Shown piece after piece: positions 25,097 to 38,440 of a DNA stretch of 64,000 bases (position 1 is the first letter of the stretch; each line of letters begins with the position of its first letter). Where the stretch lies: assembly GCA_004764695.1 (NCBI GenBank), contig SMSO01000036.1, forward strand, positions 682,001 through 746,000. The letters run 5' to 3'. The notes below the pieces were generated by a model. That model was given only the letters and a program-made list of their open reading frames with translations, had not been told where the DNA came from and did not search any database. This DNA comes from Schizochytrium sp. TIO01 (taxonomy: Eukaryota > Protista > Bigyra: Labyrinthulomycetes). A program made the position numbers and the translations under genes.

Positions 25097-28000
25097 ACCG
25101 ATGTATGTAGGTAGCTACCATGTTGACAGTCAGTTGGCTGAAGCGAGTTAGTTGAATAAATGGGTGAAGCTGATTGGTTTCGGCATTCCTGGCTCCTTCC
25201 TCGTGGGAAAGATGCGAATGGAGCGGCTTCTACGTTGCGAGTGAGTGAGCTGTGCGTGAGAAGAACTCAGTCAGCTCAGTGGCCTAACTTAGCTCTGCTT
25301 AATGGACTTGGAGCCATGAACGGCGTTTTCCGAGTGGCCCTACCTACCATATTTAAAAGGGCAGTTGCTTCGAAAGGAACAGCCCGATCGAGCCATGGCC
25401 CCACAGCCCCTTCCCTTGCCACTGCAACTCCGCCCGGTCGCGAACGGCCTCGCACAGAGGGGGCTGTGGGCAGAGGAGCTCAGAGTGTACCTACTGATCA
25501 GTTGGAGAAATAAGTCCAATCCTTCCTTAATCCCACGGTGCACTCGAACGACCGTTGTGAGGCAACCATGCGGTCTCCACTGTAACTCCTTCGACTGAAG
25601 GCCGGGAAATTACATCCCACTTTCTTCAGTGGCGTCCTCTCATGCAGTCCCAGTGCAGAATGCCGTTAGCGACTCACACACTCGCATCGGAATTCTACCA
25701 CACGTCCCCCTGTCGCTAGTACTTTCACAGCGCTGTGGGAACCGTTCGCTTGCACCTCTTCCTGCTTCACACGTTCCTGCTGCCGCCCAGGCGACACAGC
25801 TATTTTAGACTGCCTCCTTTTCTTTTCACCAGGAAAGCAGATAAAGGAAGGATGAAATCAGGAATAGGAAAGTAGATATGTAAATGCATCTGCACCTCCC
25901 TGAGGTTGGACTAAGGCTAAACCCAACTAAGAAGCAGAGTGTTCTATAGCCTTGACCGCCTGTTTTCCCAGTAGCTTATTGGTCGGTCAGCCTGACCTCT
26001 ATTGGAAAAGCTACCCAAGCTAGCTTTGAAGAAATAAGCAGCTCCCTTCTCATTGTCTTGAGATAGGGACAGGACAAATATGTCCTAAAGATATTTTTCG
26101 ATTTTTCTTCTGTTTCTTTGAAAGGTTTTTTACGTGTAAAATGTGACAGACTCTTAGTCGTAGGTAGTCAAGCTTAGAGATTCATTATTGCTCCCTGTAC
26201 ATTTTCTGGTCCCACTTTCCCGCGTGGGTACACACTGAATTAGTCTGCAAGAGGGACTGATTATTGGAGGGGACTTATCACAAGTGTATCTGTGTTTTTT
26301 GTCTTAAATCACTTAACCTTTCACTTTAAATCATATTTAGAATATTTTAAAATAGTTTCTTTTTTCTTTTTTGATTGAACTGATTCTTTCAATTTTCATT
26401 TTAAAATGTTGGTACCGCGGTACCAAAGCAGGATTGAAAATACTTTTCATTAAGATAGAATATTGTATTTATTATATTCAAAGTGCCTTCTCTCCAAGGA
26501 TGTTAACAAAACCATCAAACATTAAGAAGAAAAGTTATATTAAAGTAAAAAGGGTTATTTTTAGAGTGTAGCATTATAGTAGTATTGTAGATAGAAAAGA
26601 AAATGAGAATGAAAAGTTCCCCTTACCTAGTTCCGCTCTCCGATGCTTTCTGCAGTTCAATTATTAATTTGTTTAAAAAAAAATAAACGATTTAAAAGAA
26701 ACAGAGATAAAAAAAATTGGTTTTCATTCTTAGAAAAGCCCTCACCAAAATCAACGAGTGAGAAGAACCATCGCAAAGGGCAGGGAATAAGGGGCACAGT
26801 GGAGCGTGCATACGCAAATACATCTCTGGAATCGCGGTACACCTTTCTTTCCATCCATGTACTCACAGATCTATCTATCCATCCATCCATCCATCCATCC
26901 GTCCACCCATAAATCTATCGATCAATGACTCTATCGCTTACCTCGCTGACTTTCTTGGCCCGTGGCTTCACGAAGCCTGTCTGATACTGGTGCAGGTGGT
27001 CTGCTCGATGATGGGTTCGCTCTGCTTGAGCAGCATCAGCATCGATAGCATCATTCGGTCAGTCAGCTCGAATGGACTGACTAACTAAGCAAAGCCCGTG
27101 TCCCGCTCGAGTCATCGTGCGTGTCCGGACGGCGTGGCGCTGCGACTGCTACTGCCGCGACTAAGCCCTCGCTAGTGGAAGCACGCACGCTTTGATGATT
27201 GCAAGCAGAAAATAGACAAGCAAGCCGCAAACTCGCGTGGGTTTGCTGCTGCAGGGCGCGGGAAGGCCCGTGCTGTCTATCCAGGGACGAGCCACCCACG
27301 CCTCGCAGCTGTGTGCAGGATACCTCTTGGCTTAGCCGGGGTGGCGCTCGAGTTCTCCAGCTATCGTCGAAGCTGCAGCTGATGGAAAGAGAAGAAGAAG
27401 TTAGAAGGTGTGCACTTACTTTCATGAGGTTTTAGTTCAAGTTATCTTGTTTTGTTTTTCAAGTGGAAATCAAATTTTAAAAGGCAGTAGTTTATTCATC
27501 GGTATTGTTATTTATAATAAATAATATAAAAAGAATAATAAATAAAAGAAGATGAGGAGAAGATGATAAGATAGATAATAAGAGCCTCAGGAATCGATTT
27601 CTGACGCTCCTGCGCTCTTTCTTTCTGATAGGTGCAAAACAAAGAATTAGGCGACTGGAGCCTTACGAAAGGCGCTGTTCTCCGCTGCTGCCAATACGCC
27701 GCGAAGAATGAACTTGTTTGGATGCGTTGATTTCTGGCAGGCCGCTTGCGAAGTAAAAGTAGTAGACAATTAACGCCTCCCTCGAAGGTGGCTGGCTGGC
27801 TTCAAAATTAGCATGATGGAAACGATTAGGAAAGTGGGAATTGCAGCGACAGCGACGTGACAGCCGAAGAGTTCTTTCAAAAGACGTGCATGGATGTACG
27901 TGGCCTCTTGCTTGCTTGCTTGCTTGCTTGCTTGCTGGTTTGTTTGCTGCCTCATCGCCTTATCGCCGCAGCCAATCGATGGCCATCGTAATTGCTCAAG

Positions 28001-28123
28001 AATCCTTTACTATCTACTGCCGCATCGGCAGCCTCTTTGTGCTTGTTGCCCATCTTTCATAAACCCAGAAGCTGCGAAGATCATGATTCCACTCATGCTG
28101 AAAAAATGCGCTTTTGCGGACAA

Positions 28124-28182
28124 TCAGTCAGTCAGTCAGTCAGTCAGTCAGTCAGTCAGTCAGTCAGTCAGTCAGTCAGTCA
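28124..28182. repeat. (TCAG)n microsatellite
   Basis: Directly visible. Confidence 0.97.
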
Positions 28183-28338
28183 TCATCGTCGCAGCGAGGA
28201 ATTCATTCATTCACATGCCAAATCGAACATGTGCAAAAAAGAGAAGGACAACCAACTTCGAAACGAGGCCATCCAACCATGAAAAGGAGGGCCGGTTTCA
28301 GGCGCACTCAACCTCCAGCGAGGCGGACCCTCCCTCTG

Positions 28339-28551
28339 CTTTTGCTCTTTTGCTCTTTCGCTCTTTGGTCTTTGATCTTTTGTTCTTTGGTCTTTGATCT
28401 TTTGTTCTTTGGTCTTTGGTCTTTGGTCTTTTGCTCTTTGGTCTTTGGTCTTTTGCTCTTTGGTCTTTTGCTCTTTGGTCTTTGATCTTTTGCTCTTGGT
28501 CTTTGATCTTTGATCTTTGATCTTTGATCTTTGATCTTTGATCTTTTGCTC
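28339..28551. repeat. Heptamer/octamer minisatellite CTTT(T)GNT
   Basis: Tandem CTTTGGT / CTTTGAT / CTTTTGCT variants. Confidence 0.95.
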
Positions 28552-30890
28552 AAGAGCAGCGGTGGTTAGTTAGGTAGTTAGTTAGGTAGTTCATTAGTTC
28601 TCCTCGAAAGCATGCATGCACTCATTCGTAGCCGATTCCTCGAGGCAGCCAGGCGGTGGTTAACCTCGGCTGCGGCGCCTTGTTCGTTGCAAGTTGAATC
28701 AAGACAGCAGCAGCAGCAGTTGTGCGAAACCCCCGAAAATCGCCAGGCCTCTTGGGCCTCTCAGCCAAGGTTTGAGCAGAGATTCTCCGTGGTACCTCGC
28801 CGCCTTTCGTCGGTGCCGCTGTTGCGTTGCTCGCTTGAGAGCGGATTGGAATTCGAATTGGAGACGATCTTCAGCGGCGATTTGGAGTGTCTTCTGCCAT
28901 CATCGAAAGATAGATAGAACGATAATTAGACACAACTCAAGAGCTCTCTAGTTTTTAGATATTTAGATAATAAGTACGTCATGGCTGGCGGAGATTTGTG
29001 CGTTGTGCGAGAATCTTCTGCGAGAGATCGAAATCGGTACCTAATTAAAAACTAGCTTCGCTTCTCTTGGGTGGTGAGGTGAAAGCGTGGGTACTAGATT
29101 CCAGGCTTTCAGACTCCCAGCCAAAATCAAGATCGAATGGGCCACGACCATCCTCGCATGGTCACCTTCCCTGCTTCTTTCTATCTATCCACCCGGGTAG
29201 GCTAAACACCAAACGACAGAGAGAAAGGAGCAATTATTAAACAATAAAGACGATGTATTTGTAGACGGATGATTTTATTTTTATAAGTTATTTTAAACAA
29301 AATAAAGATTATAATGTAATTTTTCAATCTATCGCTTATTGCAGAAAAGAAAATTTAAAAGCGTCTGTCCAAAAAAGAATTGAGGAAGCGGTGCCTTCTC
29401 TTTATTATTTTAGTTTTAAATGATAAGTTTCATCAAGTAGAGCATTAAAAAAAACGAATAGTAACTTTCAAAGAAAAAGAGAGACGACACCTAACTTACC
29501 TACAGAACAATGTTAATAAATAAATAAATAAAATTAACTTCGAAAGCAGAAGAAGAAGAAAATAAAAAGGAAAGTTTGAAAGAAAGCATTACAAATCAGA
29601 AAATAAAGTTTAAGTCTGGATGGATGGAATGGACAGCAGACTGCGCATTAGCATAACCAATAGCCACCTTTCTAACAGCGTCCTCAACAGGTTCCAAAAA
29701 CAGTCTCGAGCCTCGTGCCCATCTTTATCATGTTTTTCAGGAGTGTTTTTGATCGATCGAGCGAACAGCGCTCTAAAACTGCTGTTTTCGAGATTACTTA
29801 CACATGTCGGCAGCAATTGAAGGCAGGTTCTCCATCCCTTGCAGGCAGAAGAAGGAAAGATCAATCACACCGATCGACTGCCAAAGACTAAGACAGACTC
29901 AGAGAAGAGGCGATGCTTTCAAGCTCTTTAGTGCCAAGCACAGCGAAAATAAGCCAATGAGATATGGTAGTTTGGGGGGAGTGTAAAGAAGGAAGAGGAG
30001 ACCGATCAGACAGTAGGAGTCCTAGTTGCCTCCTAACTACTTCAGCTTTAGAGAGTGTGATCCTTAGTCTATTTAGCTTTGTTTGGGTTTGTTTATTGCC
30101 TTTCCTGCGCAGGTTCCCACCTAGAGTTTACAGTAGGATCGGCAAGCGAAGCCCTAGGAGTGCTCTCGGGATTGAGGCCTTCTAGGCGTTTCCGCTGAGG
30201 GCCCACTAGTAGCAGTGGAGACTGTTTTATAATTAGAGAGAAATAAAACTAAAAATAAAAGAGAACTATGAAATAAAATGACAAATTACGATAGTACCTA
30301 GGTAGCAGGAAGTAAGGTTGGATGCACGTCGGAATTTTGTACCGAAGGGTAAGTTGTCACAAAATACCCTTTCGTACTAGTTGTCTCGAAATGAATTTCC
30401 TTTTTGGACACTGTCGAGCTCTCATTGGATCTCCTTTTCTGTGAGATTCTAGGACCGTCTGAAAAGCTGAGGCGGCCATTTGTAGCACAACTAGGCAGCT
30501 TAGCTTAGCTACCCACCTACCCATGGCGCTAAGACTGCATTGGCCAGCAAGTGAATGGATGAAAGAGAACAAGAACGAGAACAACGACAGCAACAACAAC
30601 AGCAACAACAACAATGCCAAGAAGGAGAGAAGGGAAGTGGGTGGATGCGCCAATGAGCGAGAGCGGTCGAGGGCGTGGCTTATTTCGACACAGCCAAGCA
30701 GGGACGAGAAGAGAGCGACGGGGGACGGCAGGCAGGCAGACAGGCAGGCAGGCAGGCAGGCTGCGTGCTTCCCACGGTGATATATTTCAATCAAACAGAT
30801 CGATCGCAAGATTTTGTTGCCAGAATACAATGAAGGCTGTGGCCGCTTCTTTTGTGGCAATCAATGAGTGAGTGAAATATAATTAAACTT

Positions 30891-30919
30891 AGAAAAGAAA
30901 AGGAAAGGAAAGGAAAGGA

Positions 30920-30999
<80 letters not shown>

Positions 31000-31004
31000 A
31001 AAAG
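30891..31004. repeat. (GGAAA)n + (GAAA)n microsatellite
   Basis: Directly visible. Confidence 0.97.
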
Positions 31005-31413
31005 CATATGTGGCGACCCTGCGCGGTCTTAGAGGGAGGGTAGAGGCCCTTAGGGAATTCGAGCCCTGTTTCGAGGTGCTGAAGGAGAAGGTTCTCGCTT
31101 TCTGTGCTTCGGAGGACATGATTGTGCCACGTGTATTGGACAAATGTGAGGCTCGTAGGTGCGTACCTACCCACGTGCTAGAATTGCAAGCTAACTGATC
31201 GATGGCTATTCTGCACATTCAAGACTCGCAGCTCCTTCAACGAGACAACTCGTCGCTTTCTGAGTGCTGGAAACATTGGAAATCGAGCTAGTTCAAGTTT
31301 CCTTTGGAGGAAGCTGCTGGCGAGCGAGCGAACTCGTTGACGCAGCAGGCAGCAATCCGTCGGTCTGCACAGGAGCCTGGACTATTGTGGCTCGAAGTTT
31401 AGTTGGATTCTTC

Positions 31414-31495
31414 ACAAACAAACAAACAAACAAACAAACAAACAAACAAACAAACAAACAAACAAACAAACAAACAAACTAACTAACTAACTAAC
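31414..31495. repeat. (AAAC)n followed by (CTAA)n
   Basis: Directly visible. Confidence 0.97.
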
Positions 31496-34209
31496 GCACA
31501 AAGAAGCAAACAACTCCTTTCGAAGTGCGCCAAACAAAACTCTAGAGGCATGATCGGATACCTTCAAGCACGGGAAAGAGGAAGAGGGAACGCCATTGAT
31601 CAAGATCTCGCGCTTTTCTTCTTCCAGTCGCCAAATAAACCTTGGCAGCAGGGAAGGGAAAGATCAAGCCAAGTGGCAAACATCACGACAAGATTCAAGG
31701 CCCGCGGAGTAAATCTAACAATAAGATAGGCGGCATTCTGATAGGTTTCAGAGAGCTTAGAAGCATGGTTTTCTAAAATTGTAAAATATTCACTACAAGC
31801 ATCAGTTTCGTGCGTCTATTGAGATGGCGATATTCACTGCATAGTTCCGTTTCTTTGGCCTTGGAAATAAGATCTAGCAAAGTATACATGCATGGGTGTT
31901 AACGTCTAAGTGAAGGGATCCGCTTGCGGAATGCATTGTGAGCTGTCATGTATTACTTTCAATCAGGAGGAGCGACGGTACCATATTCTTTTCGCCGGAA
32001 AGGGCTATACAGATGAGGTCAAAGATTTTAACAGTAGTTTCCTTTTTAAAAGCTTTACCTCACTCCTAAGTGAAGTCGCCCCAGGTGTGACAGTAAAGCA
32101 GTTGAGTCTAATACTTGGCGCCATGGATCTTTGCTTGTTCCAGCATTAAGTTTGCATATTCGCTCTGAAGAACTCACTCATTGATATGATGGAATGAATC
32201 CAATTATTTTGTGTGCACACGCATCGCAGATGCAAAGTAAACGAAAACATTACTCAAAGAACCAAAGTACGTCATCATTCAAAAGGGGTAAAACAGAATA
32301 AGCTAACAAAGCGTCTACGCTCCTTGTTTGACTTTCTGCGCTGAGATTTTAAAACTTGACAAAAGTAGAAAACTGTCGTAGATTAATCAACTCAACTCCT
32401 CAAACTAATCTCCGAATGTTCACATCAGAAACAAAACTCCAGCCAATCTGCTCTAGCTTTCCATTAGAACCACGGCCAAGTCAGCGCAAGCATGTGTTGG
32501 CGCGCGCCGACTCAATTGCCTGAATGAAGAGATCATCGTCACCAAACAGCCACATAAGCAGCCAGCCAGCCAGCCAGCCGGTGAGTCAGCCCACCGCTAA
32601 TATTCTTTCAACAGAGAGCACGCTCCCAGTTTACTCAAGGCCACGGCCTTGACCTTCACCACCCACTTAAGATTGGACAGAACATCCTGAGCATTGCATT
32701 GTCATGTTATTTATAAAGAACAGAAAATCGGCTGAAAAACAAACGTAAATTGAAGCATCCTGTAAAACATCTTCCTTCTGTAAAATTAACGCGTACCCTG
32801 GCGACAGTCTGTTTACCGATTTAGTTGTACGCGATCACCATGCAAGCGCACGAGCAAAGTTGTTTCTTTAATTTGTTTTTTTCAAAGTTCGTTCGACTTT
32901 TTAGATAACAAAATATATTAACACAGCTTGGAGATGACAACACCATTCCCAATCTCTCTAACAAAACAAAATAGCAAGGTCTGGCTGCTGCCAAGAGTGC
33001 CAACTTGCCAAGTACGATCAGAGTTAATCCGCGGCCGTGGAAGATAGGTGGCCGCTCGTCAAAGTTTCAGACTTCCTCGATACACCACGCCCTCCACCTT
33101 GAACTTGATGTTAGTTGCGGCCGACGGAATGGCCGACAGAATGGCCGACTCGCTCGTCATCTCAGTACTTCAACTAGCTCACCAGCCAAACAGCCCGTAA
33201 TTTACTATCACTGGCCACGGACAACCGTAGACCACCTCTCCTCGCCTGGCGATCTATTATCTATAGAGTTCAATCTCGATTGCCACTTCTCAAAGTTATT
33301 CACCGCTGTTGCACGACTTCCTAGGAGCGCCCCGCTCGAGCATGAAACTCAGTTGCGCCGCCTTCTGTGGGGAGGTGTGTACTGGCGACAATCACTACTA
33401 CGGTTTACAGTATGAGGACGATGTCTGAAAGCCCAAGAAGTGTAAACTCCCTGTCTTAGCAATGGTGGAATCTAAAGATGAGAGTTGAAGGCGCAGAAGA
33501 TGGAGGATGATAGATAAGAAGCGAACCGAGGAACCAAGAGAGCGACGCGGGCCTCAAGAGGGCGCTGAGCTGGCTACTGCGCTCACAAGGAACGCCGCAT
33601 ATGCTAGCTCTGTGGGAATCGGGAGGGTGAGGCAAGCGAACCCTCTGCCATTTCGCAGTCCTGTACTTGAAGTCTTCTCACTTTCTTGCTGTCCTTTTCA
33701 GGAATTTGTTGTGACGAGTATTTGCAAGAGCACTATTACGCTCTAGCTAGAGAGGCAGCTAGCGATTAGCTTGAATTTTGGTAACTAACTATATATCTAG
33801 GCAGGGAGGTACCTAGGAAGGTACCTGCTAACTGAGTGATGTCTTGGCGCACTGTGACTCGTCGTCAGATAATATCTTTTAGCAACTTCGGTAAAAGCTC
33901 AAGCCATAACCAATTACTCTGACTTTTGGGTGACAAAGATAATCCTGCGCTCGCAGCGAAAACGATGATGTATGTTTCCTTCATGTCTTTGAAGTTCGTT
34001 CATGAGCCATGAACGAGTCACAGACTCACCGATGTCCTGGAATGAGTGGGAAGAGCCAGGTAGAGAGAGGTCTGTGGGCCTCCGTTTTGGCCTTGATTTT
34101 CCCAGTCCGTCAGCGCCGATTTGGTTGTTTGTGCGAAACCTTCGTTCTGCCTCATGCACGCACCCGAAGAAAGAGAACTTGCACTGCAGCTTGTTGGTTT
34201 GATTTTTTT

Positions 34210-34580
34210 TTTTTGTTTGTTTGTTTATTTGCTTATTTGTTTGTTTGTGTATTTGTTTATTTGCTTATTTGTTTGTTTGTGTATTTGCGTATTTGCTTAT
34301 TTAATTGTTTATTTGCTTATTTGCTTATTTAATTGTTTATTTGCTTAGTTGCTTATTTATTTGCTTATTTAATTGTTTATTTGTTTGGTTGCATAATTGC
34401 ATAATTACTTATTTGCTTATTTGCTTATTTGCTTATTTGCTTATTTGCTTATTTGCTTATTTGCTTATTTGCTTATTTAATTGTTTATTTGCTTATTTGC
34501 TTATTTGTTTGCTTATTTGTTTGCTTATTTAATTGTTTACTTGTTTATTTGTTCATTTGCTTGTTTATTTGTTTGATTGA
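34210..34580. repeat. Octamer minisatellite (TTTGCTTA)n with TTTG and TTTAATTG variants
   Basis: ~370 bp of tandem TATTTGCT-like units. Confidence 0.96.
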
Positions 34581-35097
34581 TTAATCATGTATTTATTTGC
34601 CCAAAAGATCGTCAACTTTATATTCGGAACCCATACTTTAGCAAACCATACTTGCCATTGGCAGCCAGGATTACGACGATGGTATAAAGAAAGAAAGTCC
34701 AGGCGGCGCTTACTTTCCGATGGCGAGGTTGGTCGACGGTCGATTTCGGCAGAGTTTCGATGCTTTCGTCACCGTGGAGCACGCATCCTCTCGAGGCCGC
34801 CCGCTGCTGGATCTATAAAATCTTTCCTCTGGTCGGCGCTATCGCCGATAGCTATGAATTCCGGAGCTGCTCGTGCGAGCGAGGCGGCCGCAGCCAGGAA
34901 ATCCGTGGACCCCTGGCTTCGCAGAAGACGGATCTGAGCTGCTGCGGACAGGAAGAAAGCTCAGGCGGCCTCGAGCTTATTGGCCAGAGTAGTTCTCGCA
35001 ATCCAGGAGGGCTCGGGAAAGTCCTCGAGGACAGCGTCTTGAGGCCTCGGCACCTCTAGCAACAATCAAGATATTCAAAGATGCAGTGGGGCTCAAG

Positions 35098-35138
35098 GAT
35101 GATGATGATCATCATCATCATCGTGTTGTCATCATCGT

Positions 35139-35191
<53 letters not shown>
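35098..35191. repeat. Compound (GAT)n-(CAT)n-(GCA)n trinucleotide repeat
   Basis: Directly visible. Confidence 0.96.
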
Positions 35192-35193
<2 letters not shown>

Positions 35194-38100
35194 GGTGCCG
35201 TTCCCGAAGAACGTTGCTGCCATTTGCTGGGATGCCGGCATGGAAGAAGGAAAGCAGGAGGGGTTTCAAGACCGTTTGCGTACCCTGCAAACTACGTAAT
35301 TTCTGTGTATTTCTGGTCGGGAGGCATGGAATAAATGAATGAATAAATAAATAAATAAATGCTCATGGGAAAACGAGGCCCCCGAATGAAGTTAAGCTCA
35401 TCGAGTGTCCCTGCGATGGGGTAGCAGCGAGTGCAGATCAATTGTTTTGCATGCTGAATGAAAGCAGGAAATCAAAAGACAGCCTTGCCAAATTGAACTA
35501 GGCCTACGAAACACTCGGCGTGCCAAAGGTAAGCAGGTGTAGGTACCTATGAACTTTTTAAAACTTTCTTTGAAATATACTGCTAGGTAGGTATAACAGA
35601 TGTCATAGTCTTAGTCTTTTATTCATTCATTCTTTCTTTCTTTCTTTCTTTCTTCCTTTTTCAAAAAAAATAACTAGTTGATAGTACCTGCCGCTGTTGC
35701 TTAAAGGGAAGCAACAGCATTAGAAGCATGTAAAGAGAAAAGTACTTGGACAAAATTTTGCACTCAGTATTGTATATAAATGCAAGAACAAAAAGTAGAT
35801 TCGGATGATTTTTTTAATTTAATATGCTTATCTGAGTATCGTATATTTATATCTTTATTTTAAAATGTTGCTATTATATATTATCTTTATCCTTATGGTA
35901 TGATTAGTATTTTTTAATTTATATATTTTTTAATGATCATACTATATAGATCAGAAGAAGAAAAGCTATTAAAGTATATAGTACATGGTAGAAAGTGATA
36001 TTCTTTTGCTATTCGTGCTGTGTCGTGCGCCACCGCTATGCAGAGAATACCCAAAAGGAGACTTGTCATGATTTTCTTTCGGTAAGACCTATTCCTGGAT
36101 AAATAAAATAAATATTAAACTTTGCTTTGACTATGGATGGCCCTTTCATTTTTCTTTCTTCCCTCCTGAACCAGTAGCACCTTACCTACCTTATCTTGTA
36201 AATATATAGAATCATTAAAGTGAACAAGTTCGAACAGTTGTATATAATTTTGCCCTGGAAATACAGATTATGTTAGGTACTCATAAAGCACTTGAGCAGT
36301 TTGCTTTGAAGAAAATAATAAATTGAAAAGGATTACTTTTTCTTGGATGAACAAGTGACACACAGTTTTTATTTGCCAAATGTAAATGAGATAACGAAAT
36401 GATGCTTATAATTATGTTTCTGTGAAAATATTTGCAGTGATTGTGACAACTTGAATCAACAGTTGGGAAGTAATTATAATGATCTCATCTCAGTGTCCTA
36501 GTTATAGGCTACTCCAAGAACCTCAAAAAAAAATATGAATACCAGCTTTATACACAACTGAACTCTAACTTCAAGTTGCAGACTTCGCCTATGTTTAATG
36601 ATTCCATTCAATCTTGGATTGACAGTACGATAGAGTACTGACACAAATGAATAAAATGGTCAATTTCTTGATATATACGAAGGGGAAAGTAGTATCACGG
36701 CCACCTCTATAATTTCAAAATATTCTCTTGCGATACGAGGCGCTCAGCATCAGCTTGAATGACAACAGCTCAGCCGGGAATCACCGTTAGAGCTCATCAT
36801 GATTAGGAAACTAATTATCTGGTGATGATGACTTCCATTAAAAAAAGTAGCAAAGTATCTTCAAAGCCTAAATATCGCTCTTTAGGCCTAGGCGAAGGAG
36901 GAAGATCACAGTAGTTACGTTTTCGCTTGAGATACTTTCTAAACCTAAAGTAACCTCTTGAATAGAACAAGATATTTAGAATCAAATGATGAAACTCTAC
37001 TTTTAATGAGCGTAAATGAATGGTTTTCTGCATCATTCGGACACAATAGGGTTGTAAACTAACCTGTTATTCTCTTCTCCCATCTTTCTCCTGCAATACT
37101 TACTATAACCATTACCCAAATATGCTCAGCATCACTCAGACAAAGTCTTTTTTAAGTTATTGATGTGCCTTCAAAGTGATCTTTTTACTCTGTCAACCAC
37201 CGTCCCGGAAATGTGGTTTTCAAGACTTCGCATGAAGACACGATAGAGTTTGGCAGGTCTAAGACTATACTTTATATTTTAAGGTGCTCATAACCCTGCA
37301 TCATCAATTCAAGCATCCGAGGACGTGGTTTTATGTGCTTTCTTTTTATAAAGATTAAAGGAAAGGCGGTACGCTTCAGCGAAGATACAGAACGTCCTTG
37401 CTGGCGCGAATGAGATATTTTAACAATACAAAGGTACGTGTAATTTGAAATTATCTATTCTAGGGAAACAAGAAAGAAAGAGGAATGACGGCCTCCCCAT
37501 AGTGATACTGTTATACATCACTAATACTCATCAAGAAATACGGTTGCCAACTGTGGTCCAGGTCTTTCAAGGGAAACAGGGCTATCCTTTTTCGGCATGA
37601 GCACTGCCAAGCAATATTGGCAAGTTCGTATCGTCCTCTATTGAATTGAATAAAGAGTAAGCCTTAGTCGCTTCGGCTGATACCATTCGAGGCTTCTATA
37701 GGACATCCATCAATAAGGGTTGCGTGGTACAATTAAAGCTATATCTACCTCTATATATAGACATGTAGTGACGGGTAGAATCTTAATAAGAAGTTGAACG
37801 GAAAAAGATAAATGGGACGTAGACCCACGGTCCAATAATCAACCTGCCCAACACTCTAACTATGAGGCGTTTGCAGCAGCAGAAGTCATGACACGAAGCC
37901 TCTGCAGTACTCTTCATAGGGCCACTATGATCACTAGTAGTTTGCAACACCAAAGGGATAATCCTCTGAAAGATGTTGCGACTCAAAGAAGCGAAGGTGT
38001 ACCCCCACTTTCGTATCCTTGAGATCTGCTTATTGGCTTTTTTTTGGCTTTTTTTCTTCCTTCTTGAAGACCTATAAGCATTTCATACTAAAAGCTTTCA

Positions 38101-38379
38101 AATTGAAGCAAGTTACATTGGTACTTTGTCGTGTGAGGCAACAGCGCCGTGTCAGTCCTCCATGCAACGATTGAACAATCCAAACTGTGAGCCAATCAAA
38201 TCTGATTGGCAAGCCAACAAAGAGAAGGTACACAGGCTAGCAACAGGTTATTGTAGAACAGCAGCAATTGAATCCCAACGCTTGAAATAACGTCAGAGCC
38301 TATTCAAATCAACAAGAGCAGTCTTGCCGTAGTAATCGTCTAATGAATAGAAAGAACTAGGTCAGTTCAATAGGTAAAT

Positions 38380-38386
<7 letters not shown>

Positions 38387-38440
<54 letters not shown>
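38387..38440. repeat. (CAGA)n microsatellite
   Basis: Directly visible. Confidence 0.97.

Noticed and set aside
28339-34580. Heptamer and octamer arrays as CRISPR or telomeric repeats
   Set aside because: No unique spacers or cas genes, and the units are not TTAGG(G)-like. They are simple minisatellites.
37261-37273. AAGACTATACTTT, identical to the vertebrate U3 snoRNA 5' end
   Set aside because: Not followed by box A (GATCATTTCTATAG) or by boxes B/C/D; a chance match.
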